A DNA stretch of 64,000 nucleotides from Eledone cirrhosa (GCA_964016885.1 OZ024740.1:376526001-376590000), one strand, 5' to 3'. Shown: positions 13,972 to 29,427, counted from the stretch's first letter. Notes: generated by a model not told the origin, from the sequence alone. Numbers and translations are program-made.

Positions 13972-15270
13972 TAGTGAGTAGTATATGTGTATCAGTATGT
14001 ACTGCTTTAGCAAAATATGTTTAGTTACTGCACTTCATATCTTTATTACTAATAGATTTTTAATTGCGTACACTGTCTTCCATAAAATGTTAACGTTTTT
14101 CCTAACTGTATCTTACGATTTCGGAATTGAGATATTGGACATTTATGTTATTTATGTTGTTTAATAGATTCTCAAATGTAATCTGAGTATTTGGAATATT
14201 AATAATAACATTCGATTCGTTTGCAATTATGCAAACAAGCCTCATTTTCATAGCCATGCTCTTGTTTTGGCATGTAAACAGAACTGCAGACACTAATGTT
14301 TCTGGGTATCACTCTTCATCAGTACAGCTCACTGTTCACTTGCCAACTGTCAGAGCTAGTGAAAATATATGCTATTTTCTAATATATACAGTGACTGATC
14401 GGCATGCTTTGCATATTAGCAGACTATCTGATCAGTCAGTCTGACATATATATGTATGTGTATATATATATATATGTATATATATAGAGAGAGATATAAA
14501 TATACACGGGTGTGTATGATTGTGTATAGAAGATTATATTAATAAAAGGAATTCCATCTTTGTCTGATTTACTCGTTTTATTTACAATCCTTTAAAATTT
14601 ATAATGGTATTAGAATGAAATAGTATGGTAGAATATTAAATGTTAAGTGTTAATTGAACAAGTACTTTCATGCTTTCGCAATCTTCAGTTTCATATTGTG
14701 TGGTGACAGTCAAGTTTGCAATTGTCAACTGTATATATATATATATACACACAACGCGTCACCGGGAATTAAACTCAAATCCTTACGATTGTAAGCCGAA
14801 TACTCTAACAAAAGGTTCACGCACATTCACGCACACACAGGCGCACATATATATATATGTGTGTGTGTGTTACTGAGATAAATGTCTAGAGAGAGAGATA
14901 AACAGATGGATGGACCGACAGAGAGAGAGAGATGTATATTACTATAATGGAAAAAGCTTATATCTGCAATCATAAAGTGTCCATTTCCTCTTTCTCAATA
15001 TTTAAAGCATGTTTGAAGAAGCCACATCTTTCTTAAAGAATGCATAGCTGGAGTAGATAACAAAGACAAATTCTCAGTTTAAAGATAGCCAGTAAGTGGT
15101 TATCCTTAAGCTAAGTATCGACAGAGGATGCGACAATTTTAATAGGAATGCATGAATGGGGTGCTAATTGTAAAACAATAACTTCGCATTAGCTTGAATC
15201 AAGTGAAGATGTAATCATACAAGCACAAGTGTAAACTTTTTCAAGTATGAACGCATGTATATAAATGTAC

Positions 15271-15447
15271 AGTGTCGGTAGAGGGTCGGATGCCATGCTT
15301 TGCAGCACAGTTACGTCCCTTCATGGACTGAGTTCAAATCCCGTCGAGGTTAACTTTGCCTTTCATCCTTACGGGGTCGATAAAATAAAGTACCAGTAAT
15401 ACATTAGGATAATTGCTGGCCTTGTGCCAAATGTAGAAACAATTATT
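15271..15447 (+). mobile_element. tRNA-derived SINE
   Basis: B-box gagttcaaatccc, central gcctttcatccttacggggtcgataaaataaagtacc, conserved tail. Confidence 0.9.
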
Positions 15448-15786
15448 TCCTTACAAGTATATACATAGATTTAACGATGAGTATATAATGAGGCTGCTTG
15501 CGGAACATGTCTTTGTAAAACCCATTAACGTTGCAAATCGAATTGCGTTAATTAAACACATTAAAAAAAGCCATTATTACAAAGCTATTGTGTATTAAGC
15601 TATTGTGTAATAAGATAAGTATCACAGTTTCATAACAGTATCACATCAAACTAAATTCTGCAAACCACATACTACTCTATTTCGCCGCATGTGACATGTC
15701 TCAAAATTACACATTGCAATATATAACATCATTAAACCACAAACCATAATCCAAATATCTGTATAATACTACAATTAATGCATTGT

Positions 15787-15933
15787 ACCCTAAATTTTTT
15801 AATCGACCTCGAACGGATAAAAGACAAAGTTGACCTCGGAGGGATTTGAACTCAGAGAGCAGAGACCCAAAATTAATACTGCAAAGCATTCAGTCTATCC
15901 GATGTTCTAAAGATTCTGCCAATTCAACGCCTT
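15787..15933 (-). mobile_element. tRNA-derived SINE
   Basis: Reverse complement of the SINE head and central domain (gatttgaactcag; gattctgccaattc). Confidence 0.75.
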
Positions 15934-16501
15934 AATAATGCAATGTACTGCACTAACTTACACTCCATTACACCGATATCGCTAGAACTGATGAAAATGG
16001 CAACCAAACCCCAGTTTGCTCGATCAAAGCTGAAGTGGTGCTAAATAAGAAAATAACAGCATTATCAAATGTTTACAATATCGGGTATACATAAAATTTA
16101 ATAGTAATTGCAAGTTTATTTTTTTAAACAGAATTCGTTTCATTAGTATTTTTGTTTAATATCTAGCGTTAATCTCTTCTTGATCGGATACGATTTTAGA
16201 ATACCATTCACAAATGTATTTAAGTTATTTCACAGCCCCCCAGCATTTACTACCAATATCATATATAAATTCTATACAGTGTGTAATAGCATGAATGTTT
16301 ACCAAATAAACAAATATATGATGAAATGTATTCCCTATAACACCACGAAACCAGTCAAAGTTTTGCAGGGTAATATTGCATGAAAATGGTTAATAAAAAT
16401 GATGAAAGCGCCCATTCGATTTTCATTCATCTGAAAACCAAATCTATAAAAATAGGTTTCTCTTCCTTTCATGTTCCGGTGTCGATTAAATCAGTAGCTG
16501 A

Positions 16502-16593
<92 letters not shown>

Positions 16594-17374
16594 TTATGTA
16601 TGTGTTTGTGTGTGTGGTATGATATAATAACTGCCAGTTCATAATAAATGCTTTACAGAAGACGACTATCTCTTCAATGAATTCCCTGCTGTTATGAAAT
16701 ACCGCCAATTGCAGGCTGCTGGCCAGTTTGATGACGGAAGAGACTTTGTTTAGGTCACCTTTTTTCTCGACACTTTCCATGTGGTATGGGTGAGCAGTGT
16801 CTCCCTAAAAAGGGCCGCTGCGACGCTCAAATCACTGCCAAAGGATGTTGCTGTAAGGTTAACAGTGCAGCGCCGTTCAGATAAGGCTTGAGCCGAACAC
16901 ATATAAGTTTGTGACGATGTGCTTCTAACTAGTCGAGTCAGTACATGTTGCCACTCGTCCATCGCTCTGAGACCTGTGAAGAAATATCCGTGCATAAAGA
17001 TGGAAATGCTTCGTGCTACACACACCTTCCCGTAGCTATGTGCCCAATGACAATCTAAGGAAAGATAACAGGACAGTTACAAGGATGGCATGTCGTGGAG
17101 TTTAAATTCTTCAGTGGGTGTAACCTTACTCACCACGCTTGGCCAATTACAGGTTGGTTGGGTATTTAATTTATAGTTGTGGTGAATGGCCGTTGATTTA
17201 GTTGAGTCCAGGCGCCCTTGACAGTTCTCGTTTTTGTGCAGCTCGATTTCCACTCACTCTCCTAGCCAGATCAGGGTCTGGTGAGGAAGCTGGTTTAGTC
17301 GGCGACCACGGCTAGATAAAAGGGAAAAACAAAACCTCCCTTTTGTTGCAGAATAGGAGCTTCTTGTCTATTTG

Positions 17375-17531
<157 letters not shown>

Positions 17532-18321
17532 TGTGTGTGTGTGCGTGTGTGTGGGGGGGGGGGGGGGTGCGTGCGTGTGCACGTGTTTATGTGGAAACGC
17601 GTAATTTAATGGTTGTGTTTGACTCACGATTGTTTAGTCGTACGTTTGGAAAAAGGCAGCTCGTTGGACTCATGGGAAAGAATTTTATTTCAGGATGCTC
17701 TTGCTGGCTCAGTTCGTGAAAATACAATACACATGCTGTTAAAGGATCTTGCCTTATTGCACGTGAATTTCAAGAGCTGGCTGTTACGTTGATCAAATAG
17801 TGGAGTCAATAGACGGAGCCATCAAAAAATCAGCACAAACACAACACACATATATGCTTGCACACACCTATATTTTAGAAAATATTACCCATTGAAAAAC
17901 AAAAGAACAACGCTACTTAAATATATTATATAGTCTGCAAGTTAACCCTACAGATAAACTATAAGAAATGAAGTATATAGCATAAGGTATAATAGAAACA
18001 GACAGTCTAGAAAAAAACGGCCATGACTTACATAGGACAAACGGTTAGTAGTATAGGTGAATGATGGAGAAGACCTGGTGAGAACTCGTATGCGAGAAAA
18101 CCTCGTCAGAGCTGTACTTATATGTCAAACTAGAACATAGTGCTTCACTAGAAAACATTGAGATAAAATTTATATATAGATTGAGAGAAAAATACTCAGA
18201 CAGATTAATAAAGTCATGCATATAATAGAAATTAAACCCACCCTCAATAGAAAGTGCGTATCAATTAAGAATAATCCCACACCCTATTGACTGATGACAT
18301 TATATAGAAAAAATAAAAATC

Positions 18322-18810
18322 GGGGATGCCACCTGCTGCGACACGTTCTCCGCCACCAACTTAGTCTCTACGGCCACAAACCCTGGCATTGCGGCCCGCC
18401 TCGCAGAAGAACGTAAAATAAACAAATACCGGAGTTTGTCCGGCCGCTTCTTCTTCATACCCGTTGCTGTCGAGACCTCAGGCGTACTTGGATCCCGTAC
18501 TGCCGACTCCTCCGCAAAATCGGAGCGTCGCCAGGCCCGTCTGAGGAAGGAGCCCCACGAGGTTGAATGGCTGTTGCAGCGTGTGTCACAGGCCATCAGC
18601 CGGGGGAGTGCTTCTGCCGTCTTGTCAGCGGGGCGCAGCACTTCAGCCCTCTTCCCCTAGGCCCAAAGCCCGATCACCCTACCCTCCAACTCCATCACCC
18701 CTCCCGTCTCTTCTGCAACACCAGAGCTCTTGCCATCCCCTTCCCCTCCCGATATTTTTATTCTTTCTTTCCTTTTGTTTCCTCTTCGTTGTTATTATTT
18801 CTATATTGAA
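18322..18810 (+). mobile_element. CRE-like LINE 3' fragment (restriction-like endonuclease) with 3' UTR
   Basis: DATCCDTFS...AARLAEERKINKYRSL..FFFIPVAVETSGVLG...LLQRVSQAISRGSASAVL is the typical CRE-clade RLE C-terminus; GC-rich island in AT-rich context. Confidence 0.8.
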
Positions 18811-20242
18811 AATGAACATGTATATATACATATAAATATAAATAGTGCATTAATAGAAATACATAAGCCTACCCTCGAATAAAATAATAACCAATTAACG
18901 ACGAGTAATTAGGAGGATAAAGCATATATACACACACACTGAGGCATGGTCATAACCAGGGAGGAGAAATAAGACAAAAACATATAGGCTGGCACATGGC
19001 AAACCCAGACGCTTATGTAAATAAAAATACAGAGTCAAAATAAATAGACGAATGTATAATGTTCTAGGATCTTCAACGCCGAATTAAAGAAGATATTCAA
19101 CACGTAAAATATGGTAGGTTTCCCATCCCTGTTACAGCTGTAAGAAGCGCTCAATTATAATATAGAACAGAATATTATTCAAGTAAAGAAATGTTGGTTG
19201 GTCAAATAATCTTACCACAATAGTTGTAAACAGACGTAAAGTACTCTTTTTTACTGGGACGACGCCATTCCTCGGAGCTAAAAACGAGTATCGCTCGACA
19301 TTTTTTTCAATGCACTGCATAAATGTTTCCCCAAGTCACATAGATACAACAAGATATTTAATAGACGCATTGTCAAGCTATCATAATCTACCAGTAAAAG
19401 CTTAGCCCCAAAATAGCCAGTATTAATAATAAACATTTGAAGATTAAACATAGCCCAAATGCACACACTACAGCATATAACTCAGCACGTTACGGAAATA
19501 TGGTGAAGACACAATGATATACAGAACAGACACAACTCCAGTAACCCAGCAATGGTAACCATAAAGATAGATATAACCATAACACAACACGAGATAAAAT
19601 CAATTGTAACTTAAGCAACCAAGAGAGAGCACGCTAACGGCCGAACGGCCGTTTCTGTTTGGTTGGCCGAATCAGAGGGGCTAATTCCAATTGGATGCTA
19701 AGACAAAAATAAGCTATAAGCTTGTAGTATTTATATGCTTATGAACATCGACTGATGAAACTTATTTTCTTACAGAGCAGAAGCTGGCGAGTTCTAATTA
19801 ATGAGAGGTAGTAATGAACTGACATATCATGATTGCTGCGTGATTGGAGATGTATATATATGAGATGACATAAGTAAAGGGTAGTGTCTGCAACTCACTT
19901 CGGTTTCTCACGACTTTCTTCATAATGTGTATTTTGCCGGAAAGTATGTTCAAAATCTTAGAAAGTGATTACATTGATAAAATTGAAAAGAAAATAGGTC
20001 ATATTCACTTAGACTAAGTGGAAATTGGTTGTGATCTTAACACAGTGGATTATCAAATTAATCTACTTATGCAAAACATCTTGTTCATATAAACAAAATG
20101 TCTTTCATAAACATGATTTATAAAAACATTACTTGAATAAAATACAGTGACAGATGTATGTATGTGTATATATGTGTGTGTGTGTGTGCGTGTGTGTGCG
20201 TATCTATATCTTTATATAGGTATATATATATATATATGTATA

Positions 20243-20303
20243 TAGGAACCAGTAAGACCCCGACAGCTGAGCTCAAGCCGTTTCGACGGCTAATTCTGGA
20301 CTC
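20243..20303 (-). mobile_element. Short PLE 3'-end fragment (HHR 3' half)
   Basis: gagtccagaattagccgtcGAAAcggcttgagctcagctgTCggggtcttactggttccta between TA runs. Confidence 0.85.
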
Positions 20304-20319
20304 ATATATATGTATATAT

Positions 20320-20997
<678 letters not shown>

Positions 20998-21140
20998 ATT
21001 AAAATACTGGAGCGTGTTTGAGTCAAACACCCTCTTCGTATTATAGAAATGACAGTAAAAGGTATAACTCAATGCAGTTAAACAGAGCCAAAAAATTAAG
21101 AGAGTAAAACAAAGAATCCTTTAATACATCAAAAGTTTTT

Positions 21141-21186
21141 ATTAGCCGACAATGTTTCGTCCTATTAAGGACTCATCAGGGCAATC
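21141..21186 (-). ncRNA. Type I minimal hammerhead ribozyme, canonical core
   Basis: attgcc CTGATGA gtcct taat aggac GAAA c att g TC ggctaat. Confidence 0.92.
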
Positions 21187-22809
21187 AAAACAACAAGAGG
21201 TAATATCGGCAGATACAAGCCAGAAACTCTGAAGAATATGGAGTGTACATACACTAATATCTTACAAAAATATATGATAATGAAAATGAAAATAAAGATA
21301 AAAATAATAAAAATATATAATAAGAATAACTAAGGATGTAGATAACATTAAGAACCATATTACAAATATAGTCCAAAGCAACCAACCTAAATCTAAACAA
21401 ATTTGGTTATATAGAGCAGGAATTATATATAACACAATATAATACATTATAATAATAATATACTTTTACCAACATTAAAATTCCAAATTAATAATCAAAA
21501 GGTACAATATAAACATGAATATATGTGCGCACACACACACACACACACACACATATATAACAACACACACCTCTATGTTCGACTACACAAAAATTAAGCC
21601 CTATTAGAAGTTTGAAATAAGCATGGTAAGAGTGAAAATATTACTAATACATCTACCCAATATACATGAGGCAATAATATGATATAATTACAAGAAACAC
21701 ATATAACAAATAATAAACAACAAAATTATATTATTCAATATAATATAATAAAATAGATAATCCCCGGTTAATTTACAGAAACAATATAGATGTCACAATA
21801 AAATACAATGATAAAGCGTTAACAGTGTATTAACATGTACCATAAACAATATATACAAATTGATTCATACTGGGTTACAGAATAAATGAGGAAATATAAA
21901 TTATATAATATATATTATATAATACTCAAAAAAACTATAATGGTACAGGGAAAAATTATGATGTTACAGAAAAAATAGGATGTTACAGAAAAAAATATAC
22001 AGACATCTAACATGATATGTAAAGTCTAAATATCATAATGTTACATATTACAATATTACAAAAATCCAGACATCTTACATGATATATAAAGTTTAAATAT
22101 CATAATGTTACATATAATAAGGATCAATATTACATACAATATAATATAATATATTATAAAATTGGCATAAAATATATAAATACTTATAATTACAAGGTTA
22201 GTAGACAGACATATGTGGATGAGTGAGCGAAGCCAGACAGTGAATAGTAAATAGAATATAGAATAAAACAAATAAATATAATCAACCGGAAATTACAAAA
22301 CAAAAGCAAATGTATACATATTTAGGCCTCGCGTGCATTTAAGAAATTAGGTAAACACTAAGGAAAGCAATCATTTTAATTGACTCCAAACCCTATTTGA
22401 TAAATTAATATTAAAAATATCGAACCCGTCCAATAAGGTAGTATAATATTAGCTGTAGTTTAAGTCATTAACGTATATAAACTTTTAAAGTATATAAACT
22501 TTTTTAATTTGGAATTTTAATGTTGGTAAAAGTATATTATTATTATAATGTATTATATTGTGTTATATATAATTCCTGCTCTATATAACCAAATTTGTTT
22601 AGATTTAGGTTGGTTGCTTTGGACTATATTCGTAATATGGTTCTTAATGTTATCTACATCCTTAGTTATTCTTATTATATATTTTTATTATTTTTATCTT
22701 TATTTTCATTTTCGTTATCATATATTTTTGTAAGACATTAGTGTATGTACACTCCATATTCTTCAGAGTTTCTGGTTTGTATCTGCCAATATTACCTCTT
22801 GTTGTTTTG

Positions 22810-22854
22810 ATTGCCCTGATGAGTCCTCAATAGGACGAAACATTGTCCGCTAAT
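22810..22854 (+). ncRNA. Type I minimal hammerhead ribozyme (inverted copy)
   Basis: attgcc CTGATGA gtcct caat aggac GAAA c att g TC cgctaat; one stem I mismatch. Confidence 0.88.
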
Positions 22855-22939
22855 AAAAACTTTTGATGTATTAAAGGATTCTTTGTTTTACTCTCTTAAT
22901 ATATATATATATATATACAAAGATATAGATACGCACATA

Positions 22940-22996
<57 letters not shown>

Positions 22997-23030
22997 ATAT
23001 AGATACGCACATATCTATAACTATTTATCG

Positions 23031-23088
<58 letters not shown>

Positions 23089-23449
23089 GTATCTATATCT
23101 TTATATATATATTTATATATTATTCAAAACATTAACAAATGAACGATATTCACATAATCAAAATATATGCCTTATTATATACGTTGTTTTTTCAGTACGT
23201 CATCATCAGATACGATATATGATTTGATATATGACATACCGCTCCGGTCTTGATTATACAATTCCAGTATTGGCAGTAATATTTTGAATAATATTTTGTT
23301 AATATTTTGAATAATATTAATAAGTCCAGGAAAACTGTGATTTTAATCTCTTGTAAAATTGTATTCATTGAGTAATCAACGAACCATATTAATCTTTGGT
23401 TATATATATAGAGAGAGATATGTGCGTATCTATCTATCTAGTGTATATG

Positions 23450-23597
<148 letters not shown>

Positions 23598-23607
23598 AAC
23601 AAGTAAG

Positions 23608-23701
23608 ACCCCGACGGCTGAGCTCAAGCCGTTTCGACGGCTAATTCTGTACTGAATGTAAATTTATTCTGGTATTTAAATAGCTGAACTTATCAAGGGG
23701 T
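23608..23701 (-). ncRNA. Type I HHR with U3:A8 core and long stem II
   Basis: acccc TTGATAA gttcagcta...(~40 nt)...tagccgtc GAAA cggc ttgagctca gccg TC ggggt. Confidence 0.85.
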
Positions 23702-24880
23702 AATTCCATATATGGTCAAAGAGATAATCACCAGGATTGGTCACATCACAAGTTAGTAGTAAATCTGTGATGGCAAGTTGGTGGGGGAAGGGTAGCTAAA
23801 CCTGCCGGTAGGAGAAAAGGGGAGAGGGGGTGGAGTAGACCCATTCATGCGTTGGTAGTGCCAGCTACAGCTGGGTGTGAGGTCAAAAAGGATACTGGGG
23901 AGGGGGATGGGGAGGAGGTCGAAACGGTAAGTAGAACAAAGGGTAAAACTAAAAGGTTCTGAGAGAGAAAAAAAAAAGAAAGCGAAGTCTGGTTACTAGG
24001 ACTTAAGTCTCACGCTATTGCTAGTCTAAAGAAATACATAAATAAATAAATAAACAAATAAGTGGATAAAAGAATAGATAAATAAATTTTTAAAAAAAAT
24101 ATATATATATATATACTGTAGAATAAAAAAATAAATAATAATAATAGAAATAAACTAGGTGGGACGGAAATAAAGGGACCCTTATACGAGGTATAAGTGC
24201 GTGTATCGTACGGTGACTGATCAACAAAGGGGGGGCAGAATACTAAAGAGACTACCACGAAATAATAAAGGTTTCTACCCCAATCACAGGGCCAGCAACC
24301 ACCCAGTGCAAGAAAGTAAACTAGTACGAGAATATAATTCAGGGTCCCGCAAAAAAATACTAGTGCTAACTCTAAGGGTACCGCCAAGAAACAAAAAGTC
24401 TTATACAAGCTACATGAAAGATCGTACGGAGTAAACATAAAGATCGGAAAATTAATACAGGAACATCCCCCCCCCCCCCCAAAAAAAAGGGAAAAAGAAG
24501 AAATACTGGATAAACGGGAAATTAAAGCAGAGATGCCACTAAGAAATATAGAAGGCACGGAAAAAAGGCGCAGCGGTCGGAGAAGGGGGCGAGTATCCGA
24601 AGTCTAACACCTCTGCTATAAAAAGCGGAGTCAGCCAAATCTATCATAGAATAGGGGAGGGGGGGGTGCTGAAGCTACAAGGGACCGATGGGCTACCTCG
24701 GGTGGGCGAGAAAAAGACGACGACAAAGAAAACGACAAAGAAAAGGAACTGGGGTAGAAGGACTAGGGAGGGATGGGGGAAGGAGGAAATAAAGAGGAAG
24801 CGATAAAGGAATGTAAAAGAAGATCTTACGTCTCCATTGCCAAGCAGGGGTTACCCATTACAAAATAGGCAAGTGGGGTG

Positions 24881-26704
24881 TTATAGCCCTAGTCTACCCC
24901 CACCCCCCACCCCCGGGTCATTATGGGGTTTGAGGGCGAGGTAAGTCCTACGTAATCGGTGTTTACATGCAGTAACCAGTTCATCTTTCTTGTTTAGGAG
25001 TTGGTCCGTCGAAAACAACATTTGTAATGTTTCCTCCGAGCATAAATTGCACGAACGGCGTCCTCCCGTGTAAGAGTTGGTTCTGGACAGTAATTTCCAA
25101 GTGAGATCATAGTTGATGTTGTTGTCCTTGAGGTCCCATATGTGGCCCGAAAGTGTAGTGGCGTGACGCCAGGCCGGGTTTCGGAAGGTATGTCTGTGTT
25201 GGTATAGCCGGGTCTTGAAGTCGCATGCGGTTAATCCTATATAAGCTTTGTTGCAGGTGTCCGTACTAACGTTGCACTGGTAGATCACATTACGGTCTCT
25301 GCATCTGTTGTCGAGGGGGCAACTGGATCTATCAGGACAGTTGCACCTCCTGGTCGGCTCTCCCCTGCTATTTAGGTTGTTTCTTCCATCGGGGTTGAGT
25401 TTTTTGTTGTTGGAGGAGACGATGTTTTGTGCGAAGTTAGGTGTAGTGCTGTAAGAGAGTTTGATGGTATTTTTCTTAATTATTTTGTGGTTGCGGTGTT
25501 GTGGTGGGAAGTGTTTTTCAATGAGCCTAAAGAAAATTTTCCCGATGGGAGTTGTCACCTCGGCGTTGTGGGGAGGATTGAACCATGTTACATTGCGTGA
25601 GCGGCGGTGTCGCCTGCTGGTTCCGCTAATGGGAGCTGGACAGTAGGATATTTCCTCCCGGAAACCACTCCGCTTGAGGGCCTGGTTGTAGTAAGGCGCA
25701 TGTTCATCGAATATCTTCTCATTAGCTGACAAGCGGGATATACGGAGGGAGATGTTTTTGACCAGGTTGTTGGTGATGTTCCTAGGATGGTTAGATCGGC
25801 GGTGGATGTAGTGCAGGTTGTCATTGGGTTTCCTGTATGGGTAGTACAGGTCATTATTGAGATCGAGGGTAACGTCCAGGAAATTAACTCGGGTCAGAGA
25901 CGTTTGTAGGGTTATTTTAAATCCCCAGTCCCGGAAGAAGCTGATTAATTGTTTACGGACCCGATCTGTACTACTGGGGTTGTACCCTTTAAGTGTAAGG
26001 AGCCCATCATCACGGTACAATCCGCCACCGAAATCAGGAAACATATTGGTGAGTTTGGCTATAAGGAATAATCCTATAAGATCTGTGACCTCCGCCGAAT
26101 CCGTAGCGCCTATGCTGACGTCGAAGGGTGAATCAGGAGCTCTTTTTATCCATTTGGAGTTGTCAAAGAGTAAGACTGTCTTCCTGGCGTGGAGGATGAT
26201 TTTTCTTTCCTTGTCGGTGATGGGCACAAATGCTTCGGCGAAGTCCAAGGCGGCAGTAAGTAGCGGTAAGGTGATAGAAGCATAGTAGCTCTCTATGTCG
26301 AACTGGATAAATTTAGTGTCTCGTTTATCCTCCAAATTGCTGAACCATGAGATAAATTCCTGGGTGTTGATCCATAGGCTAAGTCGGGCGTGTTGCTTGA
26401 CTTTTGGTATCACGCGGTCTAGGATTTTTTTGCTGATTCTCCCTATGTCGGATTTCGTTGGGTTTATAAGCCTGATAGATGGTTTACGGTCGAAATCGGA
26501 TATGTGGTCCTTCAGTGTGAAGTAGGGTGTCAGTGGGTCTAGGGGTTCGGTGCGGTCGGCGACCCCGAGGCCGGAGGTAATTTGTTGTCCATCTCGATTA
26601 ATGTCCTCGATCCATGAGTGGTTAGCCTTTTTATAGCTGGAGTTTAGGCTGCTCCTGATCAGTGTATGGTATCTGTCGGGGTTGACAAAGTATAGGTTCC
26701 CAGT
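24881..26704 (-). CDS. PLE reverse transcriptase + GIY-YIG endonuclease (5'-truncated)
   Basis: TLKDH..RLINPTKSDIG, QFDIESYYASI, DVSIGATDSAEV, LYRDDGL, VNFLDVTLDL, CNCPDRSSCPLDNRC, VIYQCNV...YIGLT..FKTRLYQH, CNLCSEE, CKHR. The first ~22 residues of the ORF-track entry come from the TA flank. Confidence 0.95.
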   Translation of the reverse strand, partial: TGNLYFVNPDRYHTLIRSSLNSSYKKANHSWIEDINRDGQQITSGLGVADRTEPLDPLTPYFTLKDHISDFDRKPSIRLINPTKSDIGRISKKILDRVIPKVKQHARLSLWINTQEFISWFSNLEDKRDTKFIQFDIESYYASITLPLLTAALDFAEAFVPITDKERKIILHARKTVLLFDNSKWIKRAPDSPFDVSIGATDSAEVTDLIGLFLIAKLTNMFPDFGGGLYRDDGLLTLKGYNPSSTDRVRKQLISFFRDWGFKITLQTSLTRVNFLDVTLDLNNDLYYPYRKPNDNLHYIHRRSNHPRNITNNLVKNISLRISRLSANEKIFDEHAPYYNQALKRSGFREEISYCPAPISGTSRRHRRSRNVTWFNPPHNAEVTTPIGKIFFRLIEKHFPPQHRNHKIIKKNTIKLSYSTTPNFAQNIVSSNNKKLNPDGRNNLNSRGEPTRRCNCPDRSSCPLDNRCRDRNVIYQCNVSTDTCNKAYIGLTACDFKTRLYQHRHTFRNPAWRHATTLSGHIWDLKDNNINYDLTWKLLSRTNSYTGGRRSCNLCSEETLQMLFSTDQLLNKKDELVTACKHRLRRTYLALKPHNDPGVGGGGRLGL

Positions 26705-26839
26705 TATATATATATATATGAATATAGACATAGAATATTCGAAAATATTCTGTATGTTTATAATAAACATTTTGAAGACCTAATCGCTATAGAATAGAAT
26801 ACGTCACGTATATATATATATATATAGTATTTTTATATA

Positions 26840-26887
<48 letters not shown>

Positions 26888-26891
<4 letters not shown>

Positions 26892-27170
26892 TAATCTACC
26901 TATGCAAGACATATTGTTCATATAAACAAAATGTATATAATAAACATAATTTATAAAAACATTACTTGAATAAAATACATTGACAGATAGATGTATGTGT
27001 ATATATGTGTGCGTGTGTGTACGTATCTATATCTTTATCACGCTCACACGCACACATATATACACATACATCTTTCTGTCAATGTATTTTATTCAAGTAA
27101 TGTTTTTATATATCATGTTTATTATATACATTTTGTTTATATGAACAAGATGTCTTGCATTGTTAGATTA

Positions 27171-27174
<4 letters not shown>
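26888..27174. repeat. Fold-back palindrome; third copy of the arm at 20056-20215
   Basis: aaattaatctac...aaatacattgacaga arm 26888-27018 is inverted at 27047-27174. Confidence 0.85.
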
Positions 27175-27223
<49 letters not shown>

Positions 27224-27323
27224 ACACACACATCTTGTGTACACGCACGTTTGTCTGTGTGTATGTAACTGAAATTTTGAGAAATATGGAAACATCACGT
27301 ATACGATATATTCAATATACATT

Positions 27324-27354
<31 letters not shown>

Positions 27355-29373
27355 ATGAGAGAGAGAGAAAGAGTGAGGGGAAAAAAGAGTGAGGGTGGGC
27401 GTGTATCAGTTTGTGTGTGTTTGTGTTTTTCTGTGCGTGTGTGAATCCTGGGTTCAATCATGGTTAACCGCAGTTAGTAAGGTACGCAATTTATTAGTAT
27501 AGTGCAAACATCACATTTAATATAGAAATGGCTTCACCAAGCTAGAACTTTTTCATTCAAAGGAAATCAACTGGAAAGCCTAATGATGAATCGGTTTCTA
27601 TATAAAATATGATATACATATATATATAAACAATATTGATAACTGAATAGAAAAAGCGAGATTCAATTTGAATGAACATTGCATATAATTTATACATAGG
27701 AGTATAAATTCTCGAATACTAATAGTTTAAATGCATGTTTTAAAATTCATCTGTTTACATAACTATCCTAAATTTGAATATGCCACTATGTAAAATATCT
27801 TCAAAATATGTCGTGATATTTCACAGGAAAAAATGTAATAATATTCAGCTTTATCATTATCGTTAAATCAGGATTTCTAACTTGTTTTATTTTGAAAATA
27901 ACTATGCATCTGGATATATTGTTGCTTTTTACAATTATTATCATCCATCTGTCATGGAAACTGATTATTATATATTCCTGTTCAATGTATTTGTGGCATT
28001 TTTGTATTTTATTCGCTGTGATATATTTCAAATTTCCATGAATAATGAATAATATATATAACAGCATTTCGTTTCGGAAATATCCTGATGTCTGACTCGT
28101 AACCTTGCAGGTTGTCAAGAAAAGTCGTAATTGTATAGATGTATCTAAAATTGGTTCTATGTAATTGTGTAGTATTCAAATTCTATAAATCCTAATTAAT
28201 CAAATTTCAATTTCTGATATGTGTCCATTACCTCAGGAGCCACTTTAAATATCTTCAACGTTTTTGAGACTAGAGATGTGAGAATAGACGTATTGTAATA
28301 TCTACTTAATTTTTCTCATAAACCTATTTGCTGCTGCGTATAGCTTCTCGTTGAAATCTATGCCCACCAATATTTTAGAATCAAAATTTATCCATGTAGC
28401 ACGGTGTGCTGTATCGTACACATTTTAGTCCTGCTCTTATATCCATATATATTAATTTCAGTGCCTATCAGAAATAGTCAGTATTGTGAAAACAATTATG
28501 TATTACGGCATGAAAATCGAAGTAGAATACGATTAGTTTATCACAGAGTGATTTGAAAATATATGTATTGAACTTACCTGACACATAATTATTTTCGAAA
28601 TGATATTGAGTTGAAGGATTTGAAATTTTAAACTTATTGGTTAGAAAATGTTTGGGAGATTTATTATCATTTGCTAATAAAATTTAAGTTGTGCATAGAG
28701 AACCTAGAGTCATCCTGATTGTTTTTTAATATTACTTATAAAATATAGAAAGTTGGAATAAGAAGTTACTCACCGATGCTAGAAATCGAATCCTATTTAT
28801 ATAATCTTTAAGATATAAAATAGAAATTCAAGATTGTAGAAAAAATGCTCATTGCGAGACTGATTAATAAGGAGTTTGATTCAAAATCAGAATTCGTTTG
28901 TTTCGTCAGATCATCTATAGACGTGAGCTCGGTAGTGTAAACCGAGCAATCTTATTCCATCTTAACTTTCCACGAACAATTTATTTAATATTTAACAGAA
29001 ATATAAGATTCGATGTCTAACTTCTGTGAATAAACATTTACTTTGTTTTCGATTCCCATCAAGAAGATATCTTAATGAGATTATATTTAAACATTCTCAT
29101 CTCCAAAGATTTTCTAAGCACCACTCTCATTTTCTAAATACGGATTTGACAATGTATTGCAAGTAAGGAAAATAAGATGGAGATCATTGCAACGCCTCTA
29201 CTCATATATCTGGTATATTAGGGGTGTCTAAGGTCTACAAATTACAACAGCAATAACAACTTATATATATTTCATAGAATGTTTGATCTTTAATGTTTTA
29301 AGCATTAAAACTGTTACATTCATTATACAGATATTTGCAACAATAGATGCCCTATATTAGTGATTTATTTAAT

Positions 29374-29427
<54 letters not shown>

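Noticed and set aside
14305-14345. CTGATGA...GAAA on the minus strand
   Set aside because: No stem II pairing or NUH/stem I; chance match. The same applies to matches at 18291 and 19752.
16690-17330. GC-richer segment with a VEIELHKNEN motif and CTGAAGA on the minus strand (possible old PLE end)
   Set aside because: Too degraded to support a domain or ribozyme call by eye.
21262-22733. Near-identical 61-aa hydrophobic ORFs on opposite strands
   Set aside because: They result from the inverted repeat in AT-rich DNA; there is no independent sign of coding.
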